Assembly (NCBI GenBank): GCA_037445205.1
Contig: JBBIKX010000001.1
Coordinates: forward strand, 8,767 to 72,766
DNA length: 64,000 bases
DNA from: Candidatus Wildermuthbacteria bacterium
Lineage (GTDB): Bacteria > Patescibacteriota > Minisyncoccia > Minisyncoccales > PEYH01
Direction of reading: 5' to 3'
How positions within the stretch are numbered: position 1 is the stretch's first letter; every line of letters starts with the position of its first letter. A model generated the notes under the pieces. That model saw only the letters and a program-made list of their open reading frames with translations. It was not told the origin of the DNA and ran no database searches. Positions 39,306-45,631 of the stretch are shown one piece after another. The translations under genes were made by a program, and so were the position numbers.

Positions 39306-40373
39306 ATGAAAATTTCTGATTTAAATTTTAGTAATTTCAATAGACAAATTAAATTTTCAATGAAAGCAATACTAAGCGATTTTAAATATTTCTATTTATC
39401 GATTTTTTTCTTTGGAATTCTTTTGTTTTTCATTCCTGAAATTTGTAGCGCTAATTTCCTTATAGGAGGATTTTTTATGTATAGTTTCTCTTTGTTGGCG
39501 CCCGTTATTTTCACGGGCGTTTGGGCCATAGAAGCCTTAACTATCAAGAATAAATTAGGGGGGACGCCACAAAAAGCACTATTTACTGCTTTAGTGGTAA
39601 ATTTGGCCACCAGCCTATCGGGCTTTGTTTTGGTTAAAAAAAACTTCTTGGCGGAATACACCCTATATAACGAATCTCTTACATTAATGATTTTTTTCCT
39701 TCTATCTGTTTTTGTTGAAATGTTAATGTTGCATTTTTGCTATAGAGAAGAATCTTGGCATAAAGTAATTATTGCTAGCTTTTTAATGAATCTGAAATCT
39801 TACTTTTTTTTAGCGTTTTTCTTGATAGGAGATTTTACAATCATAGGCGGGGCTATTATTTTAGTTATTGTCGTCCCCTATTTTTTCACAAAAGCTTTTA
39901 GGATGTTAGCCCCGGACAGAGAGTTTTTAAAATTTTTTAAAATAAGATCAGGCATCTTAATTCATTTCCTTTCCATTGTTCTAATCGGTTTGGTGTTTAT
40001 AGGAACCATAAAGGCGATAGATAAAGCGTTTCTTAAGCAAAGAAGAGAGGTGATAAAAGAGCATGAGGTAATGTCTAACATGCTTCAGATAAGCTCCAAG
40101 GCAGAATTGATCTATGCATACAAAGGAAGTTATGAATCATTAAATTGCGACTATGACGAAGAAATAAAAAGTGCTTGCAAGAATATTGAAAAGAAGACAG
40201 GCGCCAGGCTCACTATTCATACATCTGAAAACAGATATTGCGCCTATATTAAATTAATTTATTCTGAAAAATGGTATTGCGCAGATAATATTTCTGGACT
40301 TATCCCTGGGAAAATTAATATTAATCCCTCTATTTTGGGGTATTGTGATGGTAAGACTTTTATTTGTCCATAA
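39306..40373 (+). CDS. Polytopic membrane protein with a C-terminal type IV pilin-like globular domain
   Basis: 355 aa with about 6 TM helices. The C-terminus then runs hydrophobic helix, MSNMLQISSKAELIYAYKGSYESL, RYCAYIKL, WYCADNISG, with cysteine pairs reminiscent of pilins. Confidence 0.6.
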   Translation: MKISDLNFSNFNRQIKFSMKAILSDFKYFYLSIFFFGILLFFIPEICSANFLIGGFFMYSFSLLAPVIFTGVWAIEALTIKNKLGGTPQKALFTALVVNLATSLSGFVLVKKNFLAEYTLYNESLTLMIFFLLSVFVEMLMLHFCYREESWHKVIIASFLMNLKSYFFLAFFLIGDFTIIGGAIILVIVVPYFFTKAFRMLAPDREFLKFFKIRSGILIHFLSIVLIGLVFIGTIKAIDKAFLKQRREVIKEHEVMSNMLQISSKAELIYAYKGSYESLNCDYDEEIKSACKNIEKKTGARLTIHTSENRYCAYIKLIYSEKWYCADNISGLIPGKININPSILGYCDGKTFICP

Positions 40374-40464
40374 ATATTAGCTTATTTGTAAGAATTAGAT
40401 GTGTTGTCCACAATTTTTTAGAGTAAAAATAATTGATTAATTTTTCCATCGGTATCAGATTATT

Positions 40465-40483
40465 AATCCCCTTGGGTCCGCAA
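40465..40483 (+). repeat. Direct repeat copy 2
   Basis: AATCCCCTTGGGTCCGCAA is identical to 39235-39253. Confidence 0.9.
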
Positions 40484-40505
40484 CGATACAAATTTCTTAC
40501 CTTAA

Positions 40506-40531
40506 AGCCGCGCTCCAGCGTGGCTTTTTTT
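40506..40531 (+). terminator. Rho-independent terminator (probably the original tRNA-cluster terminator)
   Basis: AGCCGCGC(40506-40513) pairs with GCGTGGCT(40518-40525) with one G-U pair, followed by TTTTTTT. Confidence 0.65.
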
Positions 40532-40533
40532 GG

Positions 40534-40561
40534 TTGAAATTTTTTTTGATTCTGATAGATT
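40534..40561 (+). promoter_or_regulatory. Weak candidate promoter of cassette B1
   Basis: TTGAAA(40534-40539), 16-nt spacer, TAGATT(40556-40561). Confidence 0.3.
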
Positions 40562-40589
40562 GAAAAAATAACCAAAAGGAGGTGAGACA

Positions 40590-41588
40590 GTGTCTTGCGA
40601 TACAGCCGTTATCGTGAATGTGCAGGCGGGCGCGGGAATGACTCGCTGGAAGTTGGCGCATCTTATGCGCCAGTTAAACCGCATTCTTTCTGTGCCCAAG
40701 AGTTGTGTCTGGCTGACTCGGGAAACCGGCGAGAGCAGCGCCACATCCCTGGCATCTTTTGCCCAAAGCAGAGGGGCCAAAGCAGTGATTGTCTTTGGCG
40801 GAGACGGCACGGTTCATCAGGCAGTAAACGGCCTGAAACTGCCCGATCCTTCAATCTCTGTTGGCATTGTGCCCTGCGGTACGGCCAACGTGGTTGCTTC
40901 CTGCCTTGGAATGCCAAGAAATGTCAAAGCGGCGCTGGAAGTCATAAGGGCCGGAATGACAAGAAAGATCGATCTGGGAATCCTGGAGGGAGATGGCCTT
41001 CCAAGATACGCGGTTTCCACGCTAAGCGTGGGACTTGACGCGATGATAAACGAACTGGCGCATCGTGTTAAGCCCCTGTTTCGGAAATACCATCTGCCAT
41101 CCATCTTGGGCTACATTCCGCCTCTTCTTAGATACACTCTTAATGAAGTTCCGCTCTACGATGTAGCTGTCAAAAAGGATGGATTGGTTTTTTGCGAAAG
41201 GATATCCTTTCTGGCAGTAACAAACACTCCATGGTATGGAGGCGGATTGGTGGACAGAACTGCCAAGCTTGACGACGGGCTGTTTAACATGATATGCGCC
41301 AGAAAGATCAGGTCCCGCGATCTTCCCTGGTGGATGTTTCAGATGTGGCAGGGAAATCACATCTATTATCCCAAGGTTTTTCTGCCCTGCTCTTCGTTTT
41401 CAGGATTAAGCATAAGTTCTGACTTTCCCTTGCCCGCGCAGATTGACGGACAGATTCTGCCCGCCCGGAAGAACATCGCAATCTCTGTCGTTCCCCGCCT
41501 CCTGCAGGTTTTCGCACCTTTGCCCCAACCAGAAAGAACAAAGCATTCTGGTTGGGGTTGTTTTTTTGATATGTCCAGGTTCAGATAG
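40590..41588 (+). CDS. Diacylglycerol-kinase catalytic-domain (YegS/BmrU-type) lipid kinase
   Basis: GTG start 5 nt after GGAGGTG(40578-40584). Contains VIVFGGDGTVHQAVNGL and VGIVPCGTANVVASCLG, hallmarks of the DAGK_cat family. Confidence 0.8.
   Translation: MSCDTAVIVNVQAGAGMTRWKLAHLMRQLNRILSVPKSCVWLTRETGESSATSLASFAQSRGAKAVIVFGGDGTVHQAVNGLKLPDPSISVGIVPCGTANVVASCLGMPRNVKAALEVIRAGMTRKIDLGILEGDGLPRYAVSTLSVGLDAMINELAHRVKPLFRKYHLPSILGYIPPLLRYTLNEVPLYDVAVKKDGLVFCERISFLAVTNTPWYGGGLVDRTAKLDDGLFNMICARKIRSRDLPWWMFQMWQGNHIYYPKVFLPCSSFSGLSISSDFPLPAQIDGQILPARKNIAISVVPRLLQVFAPLPQPERTKHSGWGCFFDMSRFR
41523..41567 (+). terminator. Strong rho-independent terminator lying inside the last codons of the kinase ORF
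   Basis: Perfect 12-bp stem: CCCCAACCAGAA(41523-41534) pairs with TTCTGGTTGGGG(41546-41557), followed by TTGTTTTTTT. Confidence 0.7.
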
Positions 41589-41591
41589 ATA

Positions 41592-41620
41592 TTGACCAAA
41601 ATATTCTTTTATGATATAAT
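41592..41620 (+). promoter_or_regulatory. Near-consensus sigma70 promoter of cassette B2
   Basis: TTGACC(41592-41597), 17-nt spacer, TATAAT(41615-41620). Confidence 0.6.
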
Positions 41621-41647
41621 TTGGATATCCTAAGGAGGTGATGCGTG

Positions 41648-41815
41648 ATGAAGGCGGGTATAGTGATTTTCCGGCATACACAAGTAGAAACGCTGCAGGC
41701 GACGGTTAACGCGTTTCTCAAGGTTCACGCTCCACATATGGAGAACCTTGAGCATCAGCTGGTAGTGACTCCAGACGGCACTATCGTCTTGACCCTGCTT
41801 TATCGGGCTAAGTAG
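41648..41815 (+). CDS. 55-aa soluble protein, unknown family
   Basis: Not in the ORF track (below 60 aa). AAGGAGGTG(41632-41640) lies 7 nt before the ATG. Translates to MKAGIVIFRHTQVETLQATVNAFLKVHAPHMENLEHQLVVTPDGTIVLTLLYRAK-stop. Confidence 0.6.
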   Translation: MKAGIVIFRHTQVETLQATVNAFLKVHAPHMENLEHQLVVTPDGTIVLTLLYRAK

Positions 41816-41837
41816 GGTTCGTAAGGAGGGAGGAACG

Positions 41838-42101
41838 ATGCGTAAGCTCTTTGCGGCGATTGTCGGACTCTACCGTCGGCTCTGGATGATTGAGCCCCGC
41901 CGTTTCAAACGGGGACAAATCATCCAGTTCGAAGACTGGCGCGATGGCATTAGAGTTGCCAAAGCCAGATACCTGGTTCTCGGCAATACACCCTCCGAGA
42001 AGAGGTACGTCCTGGAGGGTGTTGGGCCCGGCAACAAGGGGAGGCGCGAGCGCCTTCGCTTCCGCTGGGTTGACAAACACGCACATTTGGTGCGCGGCTG
42101 A
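41838..42101 (+). CDS. 87-aa basic protein, unknown family
   Basis: AAGGAGG(41823-41829) lies 8 nt before the ATG. The ORF is in the track and is followed by a terminator. Confidence 0.6.
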   Translation: MRKLFAAIVGLYRRLWMIEPRRFKRGQIIQFEDWRDGIRVAKARYLVLGNTPSEKRYVLEGVGPGNKGRRERLRFRWVDKHAHLVRG

Positions 42102-42111
42102 AATGCCTGTT

Positions 42112-42155
42112 CCGCCCGGGACTAAGGAGGAGTTCCGGGCGGTTGTTGTTTTTTG
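42112..42155 (+). terminator. Terminator of cassette B2
   Basis: CCGCCCGG(42112-42119) pairs with CCGGGCGG(42135-42142), followed by TTGTTGTTTTTT. Confidence 0.65.
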
Positions 42156-42204
42156 ATGAAGTTTCTGGTATCGTATCAAGTATCGCACATTGGGAGGTGG
42201 AACG

Positions 42205-42348
42205 GTGCACAAATGGGTAATCTTTGCGGTAGTGGTGATCCCAAGCATTCTCATCGGTTCCCTTATCTGCCTTTTCCAAGGAAAGGGCAGAAGAGTGTGG
42301 TCCTTCGCTAAGGGGAGAGTCTTTGCTTGGGCGGAAACGGATTGGTGA
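42205..42348 (+). CDS. 47-aa single-pass membrane peptide
   Basis: GGAGGT(42194-42199) lies about 5 nt before the GTG at 42205. Translates to (M)HKWVIFAVVVIPSILIGSLICLFQGKGRRVWSFAKGRVFAWAETDW-stop. Not in the ORF track (below 60 aa). Confidence 0.5.
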   Translation: MHKWVIFAVVVIPSILIGSLICLFQGKGRRVWSFAKGRVFAWAETDW

Positions 42349-42371
42349 ACACAATCCTCTTGGCACTTGTT

Positions 42372-42405
42372 AACCGGCGCATCTTCTGATGGGCCGGTTC
42401 ATCTT
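42372..42405 (+). terminator. Hairpin at the right edge of island B
   Basis: AACCGGC(42372-42378) pairs with GCCGGTT(42393-42399), followed by CATCTTTT. The T tract is weak. Confidence 0.4.
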
Positions 42406-42472
42406 TTAACAAAAAATGCTCCATTTTTTGATTTGATTTTTGTTTGTTTTTGAATTAGAATTAATATATAAA

Positions 42473-43519
42473 ATGGATTTAAAAAGCATTAAAAAGAAAG
42501 CAAAAAAGGAGATTGAATCGGCAAAAGATTCTGTTGCGCTAAAGCATATTTTTCAAGATTTTTTCGGCAAAAAGGGCGAGATTGCCGTCATTTTAAGCTC
42601 TCTTAAAAATCTTCCCCAAAAAGAAAGAAAGGACAAGGGAAAAATTATAAATGAAGTAAAAAAAGAGGTTCTGGAAATGATTGCAAAAAAAGAAAATAAT
42701 TTGAAAAAAATTGAGGCGGCTTTGGACGCAAAAGAGGAGTGGATTGATATAAGCTTTCCCTCAAAAAAAATTCCTCTGGGACATCTTCACCCCCTTACCC
42801 AAGCCAGAAGAAAAACAGAGGAAATTTTTGAAAAACTTGGATTTTCTGTGATTGAAGGACCCCAGATAGAAACAGAGTGGTATAATTTTGACGCCCTAAA
42901 CATTCCCAAAGATCATCCCGCGCGGGACAGGTGGGACACTTTTTGGCTCAGGGAGTCAGAAAGTCAAAAGTCAAAGGTCAAAAGTCAAAGGTTATTGTTA
43001 AGAACCCACACAAGTCCGGTTCAAATCCGCTATATGGAAAAAAACAATCCTCCCTTGCGGATTATTGTTCCAGGCAGAATATTCAGATACGAGGCGACAG
43101 ACGCTTCTCATGAAATAAACTTTTACCAGCTGGAAGGATTAATGGTTGATTCAAAAGTAACCCTTGCCGACTTTAAAGGAGTGATGGAAAAATTTTTCCA
43201 GATGTTTTTTGGCGATGAGGCCAAGATCCGGCTAAGGCCCAGCTATTTTCCCTTTACCGAACCGAGCGTTGAAATTGATATTAGCTGCCGGATATGCAAA
43301 CAAGAGGGATGCAGCGCTTGCGGCCGGAAGGGCTGGGTTGAAATAGCGGGCGCAGGCATGGTTCACCCAAATGTTTTTAAAGCAGCCAACCTTAACCCTA
43401 AAAATTGGCAGGGATTTGCGTTTGGAATAGGTCTTGATAGGTTGGCTATGATGAAATACAGGATTAATGATATAAGATTGTTCTATGGGGGAGATCTGCG
43501 GTTTCTTGAGCAATTTTAA
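42473..43519 (+). CDS. pheS: Phenylalanine--tRNA ligase alpha subunit
   Basis: Contains LLRTHTSPVQIRYM, FRYEATDASH and the class II motif 3. The start is taken as the ATG at 42473 (MDLKSIKK...) rather than the ORF-track TTG at 42440. Confidence 0.93.
   Translation: MDLKSIKKKAKKEIESAKDSVALKHIFQDFFGKKGEIAVILSSLKNLPQKERKDKGKIINEVKKEVLEMIAKKENNLKKIEAALDAKEEWIDISFPSKKIPLGHLHPLTQARRKTEEIFEKLGFSVIEGPQIETEWYNFDALNIPKDHPARDRWDTFWLRESESQKSKVKSQRLLLRTHTSPVQIRYMEKNNPPLRIIVPGRIFRYEATDASHEINFYQLEGLMVDSKVTLADFKGVMEKFFQMFFGDEAKIRLRPSYFPFTEPSVEIDISCRICKQEGCSACGRKGWVEIAGAGMVHPNVFKAANLNPKNWQGFAFGIGLDRLAMMKYRINDIRLFYGGDLRFLEQF
42954..42991 (+). repeat. Imperfect short tandem repeat (AGTCAAA[A/G]G-like) inside pheS
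   Basis: AGTCAGAAAGTCAAAAGTCAAAGGTCAAAAGTCAAAGG encodes the low-complexity insert SQKSKVKSQR. Confidence 0.8.
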
Positions 43520-43528
43520 TTTAACATA

Positions 43529-45595
43529 ATGATATTTTCGTATAACTGGATACAGTCATTTTTTACTGAAAAACTGCCCAAGCCTCAAGCATTGGCAGAG
43601 CTTTTGGAGCTTCACAGCTTTGAAGTAAAAGAGACAAAAAAAATCGGGAGAGATTTTTCGCTTGATATAGATATAATGCCGAACAGGCCCGACTGTTTTT
43701 CTCATTTGGGCATTGCAAGAGAATGTTCTGCCATTCTTGGATTAAAAACCAAGAATAATCAGCCAAAAATAGTTTCAGAATTTTCGTTTAAAAATCTCAA
43801 AAAGAAATCTAATCTGATTTCCGTGGAAATTAAAGATCAAAACGATTGTTTTAGATATACGGGGGCGTTTGTCGGGGGCATTAGTGTTGGTTTTTCTCCG
43901 AAATGGATGCAGCAAAGACTTTCCGTTTGCAATATTCAGCCGATTAACGGCATAGTTGATGTGGCGAACTACACAATGCTTGAAACGGGCCAGCCCATAC
44001 ATATTTTTGATTATGATAAAATCGCGGGCAAAAAAATTGTCGTAAGACGCGCCCGAAAAAACGAGAAAATTTCCGCTCTTGATGGGAAAGAATATAGCCT
44101 CGATCAGGATATTTTGGTAATTTCCGATGAAAAACAACCTTTGGCGATAGCGGGAATTAAAGGCGGAAATATCGCAGCAATTGACGAAAAAACAAAAAAC
44201 ATCTTTATTGAATCCGCGACTTTTGACCCTTTGGTTATAAGAAAGGCGTCTTATAAGCTGAAATTGAAAACAGATGCTTCTTTGAGATTTGAGCACGGGC
44301 TTGATTACAATATGACGGAATCGGCGATCAATAAAGCGATATCTTTTGTAAAAAAAACTTCGTCCAAGGATGCTAAAATTTTCAAAATAGATATTTTTGA
44401 GAAGTGTCCGCCCAAAAAAATTATAAAACTTGATTTTAACTTTGCAGAAAAACTCTTGGGCGTAAAAATTTCTCCAAAAAATACAGAGAACATATTAAAA
44501 ACGCTTGGAATAAAAGTTTTTAAAAAAACGAACAGCACTTTTGATTTAGAGATTCCCTTTGAAAGGGGCGATCTCTGCCTGCCCTCCGACATCGCGGAAG
44601 AAATTATAAGAATTTACGGATTAGAAAGAATAAAACCCACTTTGCCCCTTGGAGTTTTAGTCCCTCCCCAAAAAAACGACGAACTTTTTTGGGAAAACCA
44701 GGTTAAAAATTCTTTGAAAGAAATGAATTTCTTTGAAATTTACAATTATTCTTTCATCAAAAAAAACGATGGAAAAAATTATTTTTCTCTTGTTGAGCTT
44801 GAAAATCCGGCAAGCGAACAATTCCAATATCTCAGGCCAACGCTTTTAACGGGGCTTATAGAAAATTTAAAAATCAACACTCCAAATTACAAGGAAATAA
44901 AAATTTTTGAGCTGGAAAAAGTTTTCCAAAAATCAATCAGCGGAGAAATTTTTGAAAAGAAAATGTTGTCTGGCCTGATTTGGGAAAAAGGGGCAAAAAA
45001 GGGGAGATTGGAAAACGAATTCGCCCATATCAAGGGAATTTTAGACACGCTTTTGAATAATTTGGGGATAAGCGATTATTATTTTAACGAATACAAACCA
45101 AATCCTTCGGAGATGAAATTATCATTTTGGGATAAAAACCGCGTAGCAGAAATTTCTCTTATGAGCGGGAAAAAAATTGGATTTCTGGGAGCGATTTCTT
45201 TGGATATTCTTGGGGGCTATAAAATTGAGGAACCGGTTATGGCTTTTGACATAGATTTTGAAAAGCTTTGGACGGAGTGCAGCGAAGAGTGCGAATATCG
45301 TCCTGCCTCAAATTATCCCTGCGCTATACGCGATATTGCGGTTTTAGTTCCAAGAGAAACAAAAATAGGCGAGGTTTTAAATGCAATACAGAAAGCCGGC
45401 GGAGAAAAGATAAGAGATGTGGATTTGTTTGATTTCTACGAGGGGTCTCAAATTCCCCAAGGAAAGAAGAATCTTGCATTCCATATCATATTTCAATCAG
45501 ACGATAAAACATTAAGCGGCAAGGAAGTTGATTCATTGCATAAAAAAATAATCGGTTTTCTTGAGAAAAAAGAAGGATGGGCGGTGAGAAAATAA
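43529..45595 (+). CDS. pheT: Phenylalanine--tRNA ligase beta subunit (short form)
   Basis: 688 aa. Has B3/4 and B5 region motifs (IMPNRPDCFSHLGIARE) and follows pheS. Confidence 0.92.
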   Translation: MIFSYNWIQSFFTEKLPKPQALAELLELHSFEVKETKKIGRDFSLDIDIMPNRPDCFSHLGIARECSAILGLKTKNNQPKIVSEFSFKNLKKKSNLISVEIKDQNDCFRYTGAFVGGISVGFSPKWMQQRLSVCNIQPINGIVDVANYTMLETGQPIHIFDYDKIAGKKIVVRRARKNEKISALDGKEYSLDQDILVISDEKQPLAIAGIKGGNIAAIDEKTKNIFIESATFDPLVIRKASYKLKLKTDASLRFEHGLDYNMTESAINKAISFVKKTSSKDAKIFKIDIFEKCPPKKIIKLDFNFAEKLLGVKISPKNTENILKTLGIKVFKKTNSTFDLEIPFERGDLCLPSDIAEEIIRIYGLERIKPTLPLGVLVPPQKNDELFWENQVKNSLKEMNFFEIYNYSFIKKNDGKNYFSLVELENPASEQFQYLRPTLLTGLIENLKINTPNYKEIKIFELEKVFQKSISGEIFEKKMLSGLIWEKGAKKGRLENEFAHIKGILDTLLNNLGISDYYFNEYKPNPSEMKLSFWDKNRVAEISLMSGKKIGFLGAISLDILGGYKIEEPVMAFDIDFEKLWTECSEECEYRPASNYPCAIRDIAVLVPRETKIGEVLNAIQKAGGEKIRDVDLFDFYEGSQIPQGKKNLAFHIIFQSDDKTLSGKEVDSLHKKIIGFLEKKEGWAVRK

Positions 45596-45631
45596 CTTCA
45601 AAATTAAGTTTTGATAATAAAAATATAATAT

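Larger units (their letters stand above)
39254..40483 (+). mobile_element. Putative tRNA-Asp-targeted insertion (1.2 kb, single ORF, no integrase)
   Basis: Bounded by the 19-bp direct repeat of the tRNA 3' end. A decayed T-arm remnant (ATCAGATTATTAATCCCC) precedes copy 2. Confidence 0.45.
40534..42405 (+). other. GC-rich foreign island B (three tandem cassettes B1-B3)
   Basis: Line 40621-40680 counts 36/60 G+C against 14/60 at 39361-39420. The ORF track shows dense ORF pile-up on both strands. Confidence 0.7.

Noticed and set aside
38959-39309. ORFs 38959-39147(-) and 39082-39309(+)
   Set aside because: They overlap three hand-folded cloverleaf tRNAs, so they are read-through of structured RNA genes and not coding.
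40595-41681. Alternative-frame and antisense ORFs overlapping the lipid kinase (40595-41038, 40663-40917, 40817-41104, 41022-41360, 41308-41541, 41366-41599, 41406-41681)
   Set aside because: Only the 40590-41588 frame carries recognisable family motifs (GGDGT, PCGTAN). The others are low-complexity Arg/Gly/Pro-rich shadows typical of GC-rich DNA.
41808-42366. Long minus-strand ORFs in island B (41808-42254, 148 aa; 41950-42366, 138 aa; 41870-42076), plus the plus-strand alternative frame 41890-42156
   Set aside because: High G+C removes stop codons in all frames. None has a convincing SD or promoter. By contrast the three plus-strand ORFs each sit 5-8 nt after a canonical GGAGG and are bounded by a promoter and terminators.
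1834-44296. Long antisense ORFs inside backbone genes (for example 1834-2412, 8681-9280, 10296-10895, 5621-6085, 43775-44296)
   Set aside because: Each lies opposite a confidently identified conserved gene (fusA, rpsC/rplP, rplX/rplE, rplD, pheT), and their sequences are low-complexity.
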